Assembly: GCF_006345805.1 (NCBI RefSeq)
Contig: NC_043023.1
Coordinates: 7,130,001-7,194,000 of the forward strand
DNA: 64,000 bases
Reading direction: 5' to 3'
Source: Octopus sinensis
Lineage: Eukaryota
A model generated the notes under the pieces. It was given only the letters and a program-made list of their open reading frames with translations, was not told the origin of the DNA and did not search any database. The position numbers were made by a program, and so were the translations under genes. Positions 40,400 through 52,251 of this stretch are shown here, piece after piece. Every line of letters starts with the position of its first letter. Position 1 is the stretch's first letter.

Positions 40400-40721
40400 A
40401 TATATATATATATATAAATTTTATAATTATGAGTATAATTATAATTAGGGTTCAGCAAAAATTTGCTTCCCCACATACCGAAATTTAGAAATAGCAGTCA
40501 AAACTAACTATTTCACTAGCATAAGAAAATCCCCCAGACAACAATACTCAACTATCCATGTAGGCAAAGAGAAAAAGTAACGAATCTACCCGGCTTTGAT
40601 TAACTGTATACGTGTTTCGGAGTTAGAGAGATGTGAAAAATGTAAAATCATATTTCCACTCTATATATATGTAACAAAGAGAAGATGTAAGGTACCGCAT
40701 GAGTGGAAATATATATGAAAG

Positions 40722-41368
40722 AAGGTTTGAAAATGCAATTTTAAGACCGGTTTCACTTTTTCAGAAAAAGATTGTCAAAAGTAAAATGTAAAGCTTTGTA
40801 TGAACTTCGTTGTGTTAAGTACTGGTTGTCACAAAAGTATTAAAAAACAGAAGTACATTCTTTGATAATAATAAGAAAATGTTGAAAACAGTTTACAAGA
40901 AAGTATTTAAGAAAATATTCAACAAAAAGTGTTAGGAGTTCAATAAAAATCATATTTGTTTGGTAGTATATATACACACAGAAGGAGATTTATTTAAGAG
41001 TTTACAAAGAATTTGAGAGGAACAACCGGTCCTTTGGGCATTTTTTGTCTCAAATTCTTTGTAAATTCTTAAATATATCTCTTTCTGTGTGTATATAGAT
41101 ACTACCAAACAAACATGATTTGTATTGAACTCCTAATACTTTTTGTTGAATATTTTCTTAAATACTTTCATGTAAACTGTTTTTAACATTTTCTTATTAT
41201 TATTATCAAAGAATGTATATATGTATTTTAAAACTTCTGTGACAACCAGCACTTATAACAACAAAGCTTATTTATACAAAGCTTTACATTTTACTTTTGA
41301 CAATCTTTTTATAAAAAGTGAAACCGGTCAAATGAATAAACATCTTTAAAATTGCATTTTCAAACCTT
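40722..41368. repeat. Long inverted repeat, arms about 300 bp (40722-41018 / 41048-41368)
   Basis: Arms read as diverged reverse complements; GAAACCGGTC half-motif in the arms; (TA)n nearby. Confidence 0.8.
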
Positions 41369-41446
41369 GTGTCCTTTAAATAAATAATATTTATCTCTCA
41401 CCAGATGGAATGCTTTTTTGTTGATCTTTCTATCATGGAACAGTAC

Positions 41447-41492
<46 letters not shown>

Positions 41493-41494
41493 AA

Positions 41495-42085
41495 GTAAGT
41501 TAGGGGTTATGGGTGTAACCCACTATGGGATAGTATTTATCCAATATACTGTTGGTAAAGTACCCAGATTCTTAATACATAAATGTTTTTAATTGCAAGA
41601 AAATTAACTCATTTATTGTATTAAACAGGTGAAGGTAAAGAAATATTTTTACCGTAAATTTATAATACAAATAAGAAAATGGAAAAACAAATTTAGTTGG
41701 GTCATCAACTTTCGGATATTAGAATGTTGTATTAGTTGTATTATTTAATAAAATGAGAACCTGAATATCCTATATATTAATTCTTTGATGTAATAGTCCT
41801 TGGTTGGTATGGGTATATCTTTTAGTGATGAATCAATCCGTAAATCAATCCGTATTATCTCCGTTTTTCCAACAGTATTCATTTTGAAGGATTAATATAC
41901 TATACTTAAATGCATTCACTTAATACTAGCAATATTCCAAATATTGCATAGATAATTCATACATATACAAGTATTAGGATATTCAGGTTCTCATTTTGTT
42001 AAATGAATAAATAATACAACATTCTAATATCCGGAAGTTGATGAACAAACTAAATTTGTTTCTCCACTTTCTTATTTGTAAGAAA
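41495..42085. mobile_element. (TA)n-flanked repeat with an internal inverted duplication (about 41665-41775 / 41972-42080); related copy at about 51790-52010
   Basis: Shared TATCCAATATACTG...TTTTTACCGTAAATT...AATACAAA..GAAAATGGA between the two loci; arms are reverse complements. Confidence 0.6.
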
Positions 42086-42208
42086 CTCGTAGTAGGCTTC
42101 CGAGTTAGAAGTTATATATTAGAGGAAAACTACTTTTTATTCCTTTAATCCTTTATAAACTGTGAATTCCCTATCTAGAACTTTCATATAAATGTATGTA
42201 TATATATA

Positions 42209-42251
<43 letters not shown>

Positions 42252-42319
42252 TATATATATATATATATATATACATTATTTACATTTGATGGATATTTCT
42301 CGTCATCTTGTTTGTAGCT

Positions 42320-42365
42320 AACACAATGTTTCGGCTGATATACCCTCCAGACTTCGTCAGGTGTC
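42320..42365 (-). ncRNA. Mutated inverted copy of the same hammerhead motif
   Basis: Reverse complement GACAC-CTGACGA-AGTCTG..CAGCC-GAAAC-ATT-GTGTT. Confidence 0.65.
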
Positions 42366-42490
42366 TTGGGGAAATTTCAAAACTGGGTTCTCATTCCTAA
42401 GGTATTTTTTTTATGTAATTAACCATTACGCCATATGCCTGTAGACATATGGCATAGTAAGAACATCGAAAAAGTTCGAAATTTCCCCAA

Positions 42491-42536
42491 GACACCTGAT
42501 GAAGGCTGGAGGGTATATCAGCCGAAACGTTGTGTT
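42491..42536 (+). ncRNA. Minimal type I hammerhead ribozyme motif (Penelope-like element type)
   Basis: GACAC-CUGAUGA-A-GGCUG/loop/CAGCC-GAAA-C-GUU-GUGUU; stem I GACAC/GUGUU, 5-bp stem II, palindromic AACGUU in place of stem III. Confidence 0.8.
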
Positions 42537-42711
42537 AACAAACAAGATGAGGACAAATATCCGTCAAATGTAAATAATGTACATAATTCCTCATCTCTTA
42601 AATATAGAACTGCATTTTATATATATATATATAAATATACATACATACATACATACATACATACATACATACATACATACATACATACATACATACATAC
42701 ATACATACATT

Positions 42712-42745
<34 letters not shown>

Positions 42746-42878
42746 GATCATCAGATCATCGGTAAAACATAAATCTGAAAAAGAAGCACACACTAAATTA
42801 TAGAGCAGTAGATTATATAAAGTTAGATAAGGGTAATCCCATAAACTCACCTTAATCTAATTTTATTTATATTACATA

Positions 42879-42912
<34 letters not shown>

Positions 42913-43026
42913 CCTATCTATCTATCATTCTCCCAGTCAGCCGTCGGGCTTCCCAGACCCCAGTTGAACCATCCAACCCATGCTAGCATGGAAAGTGGAC
43001 GTTAAACGATGATGATGATGATGATG

Positions 43027-43094
<68 letters not shown>

Positions 43095-43109
43095 TATATA
43101 TCTATGTAT

Positions 43110-43397
43110 TTAAAATGAGGGTGAGAAATTGGATGTTAATTTAATTAACATAAATTTAACACCTGTGGTCTAGCATATTAAAATCTGAAAGTTCAATAAA
43201 TTGTATTATATGCATATGAGAGGGATGACCACTATGTGGACAACCCTTATGCTAGAAGTTGATCCGTTATGGTTTTACCACTAGGAAATATTCTGGTGTT
43301 TGCTAAATTTTTCTTGAGAACATTTCCTAATGGTAAGACCATAACGGATCTACTTCTAGCATAAAGGTTGTCCACATAGTGGTCATCCCTCTCATAT
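43110..43397. mobile_element. Foldback element of the same family as 4681-5314; hairpin arms about 43215-43298 / 43317-43397
   Basis: Shares GTGGTCTAGCATATTAAAA and GTGGACA..ATGCTAGA with the 4.7-5.2 kb element; near-perfect inverted arms; (TA)n on both sides. Confidence 0.7.
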
Positions 43398-43465
43398 ATA
43401 TATATATATATATATATACTAACTGTTAATTGCTGTATTAATTGTTGTTGCTGTTTTTATTACAG

Positions 43466-43576
43466 ACAATCCTGGTCGGAGACAGCGGTGTTGGCAAGAC
43501 ATCCTTGCTTGTCCAGTTTGACCAAGGAAAGTTCCAGGCTGGCTCCTTTGCAGCTACAGTTGGCATAGGTTTTACA
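43466..43576 (+). CDS. RAB37: Rab26/Rab37-family GTPase exon 2a (G1 P-loop and switch I, 111 nt)
   Basis: ttacag|ACA...ACA|gtaag, phase 0-0; TILVGDSGVGKTSLLVQFDQGKFQAGSFAATVGIGFT contains GxxxxGKT and the switch I Thr. Confidence 0.93.
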
Positions 43577-43667
43577 GTAAGGACACACAGACATCCATTT
43601 CTATTATTATTATTATCGATATTATTCCTGTATTGCTGTTGTTGTTTTTATTGTTATTATTATTATT

Positions 43668-43709
<42 letters not shown>

Positions 43710-43935
43710 AAGGTGTTCAACTGGCAGAATCATTACTGCACTGTGTAAAATGCTTAGCGGCATTTCATCTGTCTTGCCTTCCAAGTTCAAATTCTGCTGA
43801 GGTCGACTTTGCCTTTCATCCTTTTGGGGTCGATAAAATAAATACCTGTTGAGTACCTGTAATCCCCAAATTTCAGCCTTTGTGCCTATAGTAGAAAAGG
43901 TTATTATTATTATCATTATTATTATTATTATTATT

Positions 43936-44490
43936 GAGTGAGAGAGCAGTGCATGCCATCAAAGTGACACTGGGATAAAATATATGAAGCCCAGTATACC
44001 CAACATGACTATCCATCTGATTAAGGTACACCAGGCACATGCATCACAACCATATGTGCACAACATGGTTATCTCATATCTAGATAAACAGTGCATGACC
44101 TTGCAGGTGGGGCCCTGTTAGAATTTTCTTCTGGTTGAGTAGCCTATCCCACTTAAAAGGTCCCTGAATAAGGATTGTTTAAGGATGTTGAACGAACCAC
44201 CCATGTTTCCAGAGGTGAATTATCCAAACCCCAAAGAATCCCTCTCGACACAGGGCTATGATGCTCCCCCACTACTTCTGCTCATGACCAGAGATGAACA
44301 TATCATCAGCCACTAAGAGACATGCTCAACTGGTTAAGGTCAAACAACTGACAAGCAAATCTGTGGTATTGAGCAGAATATTTGCTGTAGTTCATCTTTT
44401 ATACCAAGACAAAACAATGTACATGATAACACTTCCAATCAGTTAAGATCAGAAGCCATGAGAACCACTGCCTGGTACTGCATCAGGGCT
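43936..44490 (-). mobile_element. About 550-bp non-coding element inserted in (TTA)n; internally deleted copy at 44517-44650
   Basis: Highly similar to 56143-56676; every copy is bounded by TTA repeats. Confidence 0.75.
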
Positions 44491-44652
44491 ATTATTATTA
44501 TTATTATTATTATTATTGAGTGAGAGAGCAGTGCATGCCATCAAAGTGACACTGGGGTAAAATATACGAAGCCCAGTATACCCATCATGACTTCCAATCA
44601 GCTAAGATCAGAAGCCACGAGAGCCACTGCCTGGTATTGCATCAGGGCATCA

Positions 44653-44702
<50 letters not shown>

Positions 44703-44824
44703 CATCATCATCATCATCATCATCATCATTATTATTATTATTATTATTGCTATTGTTGTTGTTGTTGTTGTTGTTGTTATTATTATTATTATTATTATTC
44801 TAGTGCATGCCATGCTAATTTAGT

Positions 44825-45335
44825 TAGCAGATATTTTATCTTGATGTATGGTGATGACATGTCTCCTCAAATTTCAAGAATCTCTCCTGGATTCCAGCAG
44901 AATTCCTGTAACATAAGTCACTTGTTGCAGGTTATTGTAGTATCGCTACTATTTATGGTGATACATGTTTACACAACAACTGTGTAGTAACAATAAAATA
45001 TTTAACGAAGCAGGATAACGACAACGTAACAATCCAACAGACTCTCCACGACCTATACACCAACCAACAAACAATTTTCTGACCAACTACCAAAACGACA
45101 CCTTACGACTACCTGCGATTAACACCTCTCCGTTTCTCACTCAGACTGCTACTATTTATAGTCGTTCGGTCAAGTCTATTCTCGCAGGGGGTGTCAGGAC
45201 TCTTGCCACATCAACAATACAAGATGGTACTTTTCTGCAGGTTTTCAATGTGTGTTTCAGTTCCAATTTCTTTCTGTCTTTGAGGCAGCATTTCTGGTGT
45301 TGTGCCAAATACACCAATTCCTACAGGAATGTCTT
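44825..45335 (-). mobile_element. Decayed R4/Dong-like LINE 3' end, interrupted by a later insertion
   Basis: Minus-strand IPVGIGVFGTTPEMLPQRQKEIGTETHIENLQKSTILY at about 45215-45330 resembles IPVVIGALG...LQKSAIL. Confidence 0.45.
44907..45210 (-). mobile_element. Probable solo LTR (about 304 bp)
   Basis: TGT...ACA termini, TATAAATAG on the minus strand, interrupts the LINE fragment; no clean TSD seen. Confidence 0.45.
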
Positions 45336-45339
45336 TTAT

Positions 45340-46267
45340 ATAATAATAATAATAATGAAATTATTGTATACAGTGCTCAGGTGCACCACAACTTATCAGA
45401 AAGTTCGTATAAAGTATATGCAGTAATGTACAAATATCTGGGAAGTGAACATTGTATGAGTCAGATACATGCTTGTGTGTGTATGGAGGGGAGAAAATCA
45501 GGTGTAGTGTTGGCGAATCTCTCAGGAAGCATGGAAGTTTTGAAGGATGCAGTGCTCCGACAACTAACAACTGATTCTGGCAGTTTGTTCCATGCTTCAG
45601 CGACTCTCAGCGTGAAAGAATGTTTCCGAAAGTCATGGGAGCTGTGATGTTTTCTGACTTTGTAAATATGTCCACGGGTGTTAGACAGGTGGAGTTTTTA
45701 AATAATAATAATTCTGAAATTACTGTATACAGTGCTCAGGTGCACCACAGCTTGTCAAAAGTGTGTATAAAAATTATGCAGTAATGTACAAATGTCTGGG
45801 AAGCGAACAATGTATGAGTCAGATACATGCTTGTGTGTGTATGGAGGGGAGAAAATCAGGTGTAGTGTTGGCGAATCTCTCAGGAAGCATGGAAGTTTTG
45901 AAGGATGCAGTGCTCCGACAACTAACAACTGATTCTGGCAGTTTGTTCCATGCTTCAGCAACTCTTAGCGTGAAAAAATGTTTCCGAAAGTCATGGGAGC
46001 TGTGCTGTTTTCTGACTTTGTAAACATGTCCATGGGTGTTAGACGAGTGGAGTTTGAAAAGGTGCTAAGAGTTATTGTTAGTAAGATGGTTAATAATTTT
46101 ATGGGTGTCTGCCAAGTCAGCTGCCAGACATCTGAGTTTCAATGTATCCATACCCAGGAAAGTAAGGCGTTCAGAATATGGCAAATGCCTGGTGGAGGGT
46201 ATTCTTTTGGTTGCACGTCGCTGAACAGCTTCCAGACGATTAATATCCTGGGCAAGATAGGGATATT
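45340..46267 (-). mobile_element. CR1-like LINE 3' end in two tandem truncated copies (45340-45698, 45700-46267)
   Basis: PYLAQDINRLEAVQRRATKRIP...PYSERLTFLGMDTLKLR is a CR1-type ORF2 C-terminus; duplicated 3' region with (TTA)n tails. Confidence 0.82.
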
Positions 46268-46529
46268 TTGTCTTGGTTTTCCACATTTTTCCCAACTCTC
46301 ATGTTAGATCCAGATATTTCTCAATTTTTTTCAATTTCTTTGGTATCGACTCTGCAATCATAGGAAATTTATATAATCTTAGTCTTGTAGTATTTGTTTA
46401 TCATCATCATTATTATCATGGAGGAATTTCAACCAAGCTTCGTGGTCTTTTACTCCTACACTAAATATATTCTTAACATTAATGGTCATAAATTGCTCAG
46501 ATGAGAGTTAATTTTCTTAGTAGAAGTAT

Positions 46530-46926
46530 ACTCTTTACTCTTTTACTTGTTTCAGTCATGTGACTGTGGCCATGTTGGAGCACTGCCTTTAGTCAACCAA
46601 ATCGACCCCAGGACTTATTCTTTGTAAGATTCGTATTTATTCTATTGGTCTCTTTTGCTGAACTGCTAGGTCACAGGGACGTAAGCACACCAGCATCGGT
46701 TGTCCAGCGATGTTGGGGGGACAAACACACACACACATATATACATATATATACATATATACGACGGGCTTCTTTCAGTTTCTGTCTACCAAATCCACTC
46801 ACAACGCTTTGGTTGGCCCGAGGTAATAGTAGAAGACAGTTGCCCAAGGTGCCACACAGTGGGACTGAACCCAGAACCATGTGATTCTTAAGCAAGCTAC
46901 TTACCACACAACCACTCCTGTGCCTA
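46530..46926 (-). mobile_element. SINE family A, full-length
   Basis: Matches the family A consensus. Confidence 0.85.
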
Positions 46927-47139
46927 CAAAAAGGATAAGCTGGACTGCCACGACCAGTATATTAAATATCCCATCAGAACAATTATGCAAGAAGGCCGGA
47001 TGCCTCATCTCTACTAAGTATGGAAGCAGAAGTATTACGTAAGATTAATTTTGAGAATCTGATAAAAGATTTTGCAATTAAAAAAAAGTAGGGGAAGACT
47101 TTTTTAAAGATAAATAAAGTGGAAGTATACCAAACTAAG

Positions 47140-47390
47140 TGGAGGCACATGGCTTAGTGGTTAGGGTGTCAGCATCATGATTGTAAGATTGCGGTTTCGA
47201 TTCCTGGACCGGGCAACGCGTTGTGTTCTTGAGCAAAACACTTCATTTCATGTTGCTCCAGTCCACTCAGCTGGCAAAAAGGAGTAACGCTGCAATGGAC
47301 TGGCGTCCTGTCCAGCTGTGGTCATACATACGCCATAGAAACTGGGAAACCAGGCCCATGAGCCTGGCTAGGCTTTAAAAAGGCACATTT
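47140..47390 (+). mobile_element. SINE family D (tRNA head plus V-domain-like CTGCAATGGACTGGCGTCCTGTCCAG); related copy at about 4015-4300(-)
   Basis: A-box TGGCTTAGTGGTTAG, B-box GGTTTCGATTCC. Confidence 0.7.
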
Positions 47391-47739
47391 ATTTTTTATT
47401 ATACAAAACTAAACATTAAGATTATTTTCAATCTCAATGTTGATTTTGTTTCGTTTTGAAAAATAAAAGTTTATTTTGTTTTATTATTGTTTATATTTTG
47501 ATTTGCATGTTTAGGGCCTCAATGGTCCTTAAGTTGGCCCTGTATGTACTGAGTTCAGATTCCACCTTGTAACACCGGGTCTCTTGTCATAGCATATAGG
47601 GTCATTGGGAAGTGACTTGACCTCTGATAACAGACAAAGCACTGAGACAGCTGAAACAACATCTTGACCACATCAATATGTATGAATATAGATCTGCACT
47701 GAAGGGAAATAAAAACCAGGACAGAAAAAATTATCTATA

Positions 47740-48110
47740 TATCACAGTATCGATCAGACCATCAAATGCTGTTATACACCACTGTTCACTATGCGCTTCA
47801 AATTCTGTCTTGATTGCACTATTGTTTTCCACCCTTGACCCAAACTGACCAAATCATCTTCCCATCATCGTGGAGGCCTTGCAAGTGACCTTTTCAAATC
47901 TCTTGGATACCATTTAGTAGCTCCATGGATCCACCTGTTGTCTGTGAACCTTGTAAAGTATTCCTCTCAGGGGACCTTGTGCTTTCAGTATTCTTCAATC
48001 ACATCATTCCCTCCTCTTCATTCTTGAATGATTTCATTTCAAATATGCTCTCATAATGATATTTGTAGCATGGATCTTTCTATGACCTTTACATCATAGA
48101 CAATTGATGT
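47740..48110 (-). mobile_element. Decayed RTE LINE 3' fragment
   Basis: Minus-strand YFTRFTDNRWIHGATKWYPRDLKRSLARPPR*WED resembles the RTE ORF C-terminus. Confidence 0.55.
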
Positions 48111-48223
48111 CCCATCCTCTTATATATGATAAATATGTATATCTTAATATCATTGCAAATTATTTATTGTCTGTCTCACCCTGTTTTCCATTTGCACAGC
48201 ATATCATCATCTTCATCATCATC

Positions 48224-48255
<32 letters not shown>

Positions 48256-49004
48256 TATCATCATCATCATTTAACGTCCGTTTTCCATGTTGGACGGTTC
48301 GACCGGGGTCTGAGAAACCAGGCTCCATTCTGATCTGGCAGTGTTTCTACAGCTGGATACCCTTCCTAATGCCAACCACTCCATGAGTGTAGTGGGTGCT
48401 TTTTACGTGCCACCGGCACAGGAGCCAGAGGAGGCTGGCAAACGGTCACGATTGGTTGGTGCTTTTACGTGTCACTGACATGTCCGCCAGTCAGGCAGCG
48501 CTGGTATCTGCCACGTTCGGACAGTGCTTTTTACGTGCCACTGGCACAGGGGCCAGAGGAGGCTGGCAAACGGCCACGATTGGTTGGTGCTTCTTATGTG
48601 TCACCAACACAGACGCCAGTCAGGTAGCGCTGGCATCTGTCACATTCGGACGGTGCTTTTTACGTGCCACTGGCACAGGGGCCAGAGGAGGCTGGCAAAC
48701 AGCCACAATTGGTTGGTGCTTTTATGTGTCACCGACACAGACACCAGTCAGGCAGCACTGGCATCTGCCATGTTCGGACGGTGCTTTTTACGTGTCCCCA
48801 GCACGGGTATCTTAACTACAATTTCCACTATACATTATGATGTGATACGTGTGTATGTTTATCTACAGGTTGAGTAAAAAGCAAGCAGTGTTTTGAACTG
48901 TGAAGAATTTGTATTAGATTTTTGTAAAGTTTTGAATTTTCTTTAAATATTTTTTTGCAGTTGTTTGATAATACAGACAAACTTGCCCAAATGCATCAAT
49001 AAAT

Positions 49005-49790
49005 TAACATTCTAAAATCTAATTATTCATTACCTGTCTCAACTTCCACTTGTATATCTGAATATTTCAAATCATTCATTGCCTATTTCAACTTCTTTTA
49101 TTTATACAGCACATCTGTATATCTTGATAGTATTTTAAATTAATTATTGTCTGTCTTGACTTTTTTCTACATATACAGCTTATGAATATATTAATAATTT
49201 CTAAATTTCTTCAGTGTCTGCTTTGATTTCTTTCTGTTTGAACAGCACATATATATCTTCATATTATTTCAAATTATTCATCGTCTTTCTCAACTTCTTT
49301 CTACTTATAAAGCAAGTCTGTATATCTTGATATTATTTCAAATCATCTATTGTCTGTCTTGACTTCCTTCCACATGTACAGCACATATATATCTAAATAT
49401 CATTTTAAATTATTCACCGTCTGTCTCAACTTCTTTCTACTTATACAGCAAGTCTGTATATCTTGATATTATTTCAATCATCTATTGTCTGTCTTGACTT
49501 CCTTCCATTACCAGCACATTATATCTAAATATCATTTCAAATTATTCACCGTCTGTCTCAACTTCTTTCTACTTATACAGCAAGTCTGTATATCTTGATA
49601 TTATTTCAAATCATCTATTGTCTGTCTTGACTTCCTTCCACATGTACAGCACATATATATCTAAATATCATTTCAAATTATTTACTGTCTGTCTCAACTT
49701 CCTTCACATGTATTGCATCAATACATCCTAATATCAATTCAAATTTCTCTTTGACTGTATCAATTTCCACTTGTATGATACATCCAGAAT
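49005..49790. repeat. AT-rich tandem repeat with about 68-bp subunits and 136-bp dimeric period
   Basis: TATTCA..GTCT.TCTCAACTTC-like unit recurs near 49275, 49411, 49543 and 49679. Confidence 0.85.
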
Positions 49791-50912
49791 CAAATTGATT
49801 TCTGCTTGGGAATAAAAATGGGTTTTGTGATTCAAACAGCAGACATTGACTCATATGCTTTTGCTGCCTTTTTGAGGACCATAAATAAACAATGTTAAGA
49901 TATAATATATATTGCATGTATATATACATATGCCATTCATTTGTTGAAAATACATCTTATTGAATTACCGTACTGAATAGACTATTGTACTGGAGAAAGA
50001 CTCGACCTTGTTTGCCAATAATTTCCTGTTCAACAACAGGGTCGCTGCCAAAACCAAAAGGAGACAAATAATCAGGAGGCGAAATATGATTTTACAATAT
50101 TATAAATGTGTGTGTGTACGTGTGTGTGTACTCTTTGACTTGTTTCAGTAATTTGACTGCAGCCATGCTGGAGCACCGCCTTTAGTTGAGCAAGTCGAGC
50201 CCTGGCGAACCAGATGGTTGCACCAGGCTCCAATCTGATCTGGCAGTTTCTACTGCTGGATGCCCTTCCTAACGCCAACCACTCCGAGAATGTAGTGGGT
50301 ACTTTTACTTGCCACCGGCATGAGGGCCATTCAGGCGGTACTGGCAGCGGCCACACTCAAATGGTGTTTTTTACATGCCACCTGCACAGGAGCCAGTCCA
50401 GCAGCACTGGCAACGACCTCACTCAAATGTTTTTCATGTGCCAGTAAGGCGAGGCTGGAATCGATTATGTTTGAATGGTGCTTTTTACATGCCACTGGCA
50501 CGGAAGCCAGTCTGCTGCTCTGGCAGCAATCACACCCAGATGGTGCTCTTAACGCTCCACTGGCACAGGTGCCAGTCATCGAATTTGTGAATTTGATTTT
50601 GATTTCATTTCTCTTGCCTCAGCAGGTCTTCACAAGCAGAGTTTAGTGTCCAATGAAGGAAAGGTACACATAAGTGGTTTATATATATATATATATTCTT
50701 TTATTCTCTTATTTGTTTCAGTCATTTGACTGTGGCCATGCTGGAGTACTTCCTTTAATCAAACAAATTGCCCCCAGGACTTATTCTTTGTAAGCCTAGT
50801 ACTTATTCTATTGCTGAGTTACGGGAATGTAAACACACCAACATCAGTTGTCAGGCAATGGTAGGGGGACAAACACAGACATACAAAGATATATATATAT
50901 ATATATATATAT

Positions 50913-51145
50913 AAGGGCGGCGAGCTGGCAGAAACGTTAGCACGCCAGACGAAATGCTTAGCGGTATTTCGTCTGACGTTACGTTCTGAGTTCAAATTCC
51001 GCCGAGGTCGACTTTGCCTTTCATCCTTTCGGGGTCGATAAATCAAGTACCAGTTACGCATTGGGGTTGATGTAATCGACTTAATACCTTTGTCTGTCCT
51101 TGTTTGTCCCCTCTATGTTTAGCCCCTTGTGGGTAATAAAGAAAC
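50913..51145 (+). mobile_element. SINE family B, full-length (tRNA-like head, core GACTTTGCCTTTCATCCTTTCGGGGTCGATAAA), nested in a family A copy (about 50697-51354, -)
   Basis: A-box-like AGCTGGCAGAA and B-box GAGTTCAAATTCC; further copies at about 1-510(-), 19712-19897, 37145-37340, 43710-43900, 53028-53262, 55830-56125, 56930-57122. Confidence 0.85.
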
Positions 51146-51151
51146 ATATAT

Positions 51152-51182
<31 letters not shown>

Positions 51183-51653
51183 TATTTATATGATGGTTCT
51201 TTCTGTTTCTGCCTACCAGTTCAACTCTCAAGGCTTTAGGTCAGCCCGAGGCTACAGTAAAAGACACTTGCACAAGGGGCCGTGCAGTGGGACTGAACCT
51301 AGAACCATGTGGTTGGTAAGCAAGGTACTTAGCACTCAGCAACTCCTGCGCCTATAGATGTTATTAATTGATTTGAGAACTTTATATTATTGGAAAAGCT
51401 ATATAAAATTAGCTGAAGATTACTCAGCATCTTAAATATGCTGTAATATTTACAGCTTTTAATAAAATGTTGTAGTATGAAGCAATTGTACTAAATTACC
51501 GGATTCATTCTTGTTGCTTATTTTTTATTGTAATCACCCCGCATATTTTTATGGGTAATACCATAAAAAATTCTGGTGCATCTAAATTAAGTGCCATATT
51601 CATTTGAATCTAAATTTTTGCTGAACTTATGTGGTGTATATATATATATATAT

Positions 51654-51698
<45 letters not shown>

Positions 51699-51745
51699 CG
51701 TATATATATACATATATATATGTATATATATACGTATATATATAC

Positions 51746-51782
<37 letters not shown>

Positions 51783-52111
51783 AAATGAGATAGGGGTTGT
51801 AAATTCAACCCTCCATGGGATAACATATATCCAATATACTGCTAGAGAAGTACCCAACAAAGCTAATACATAAATGTTAAAAAATTGCGATGCAATTAAT
51901 TCATTTACTGTATTAGGTGGGCAAAGGTAAAATCATTTTTACCGTAAATTAATAATACAAAATGAGAAAATGGAGAAATATATCTAAATCAATCATCAAC
52001 TATCAGATAATACCGAATCAATACTTTATTAAAACACTACACAATAGCAATGATATTATACATTAATATAGTACAAATATAACAAGACATAGAAATACAT
52101 TTACATTGTAG

Positions 52112-52220
52112 CTGACAGCTGTTTCGGCCATGAAGACAGGTATGTCTCATTTAACCTATTAGCTATATAATGCAGGTATAAATGAGACATTAACAAGAAT
52201 ATCTTACGGCCTCTTCAGAG
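52112..52220 (-). ncRNA. Hammerhead motif with extended stem II
   Basis: Reverse complement CT-CTGAAGA-GGCC...(ATGTCTCATTTA/TAAATGAGACAT hairpin)...GGCC-GAAAC-AGCT-GTC-AG; stem I short or decayed. Confidence 0.6.
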
Positions 52221-52251
52221 ATTTTAATGCAAGTATGAGTACAAATCCTAA

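Larger units (their letters stand above)
42272..42612. mobile_element. Head-to-head inverted pair of a hammerhead-bearing Penelope-like terminal repeat
   Basis: 42272-42385 is the reverse complement of 42473-42581; flanked by (TA)n and (TACA)n. Confidence 0.7.

Noticed and set aside
47140-47215. Possible functional tRNA gene (also SINE A and B heads)
   Set aside because: tRNA-derived SINE heads lacking a complete cloverleaf and continuing into SINE bodies
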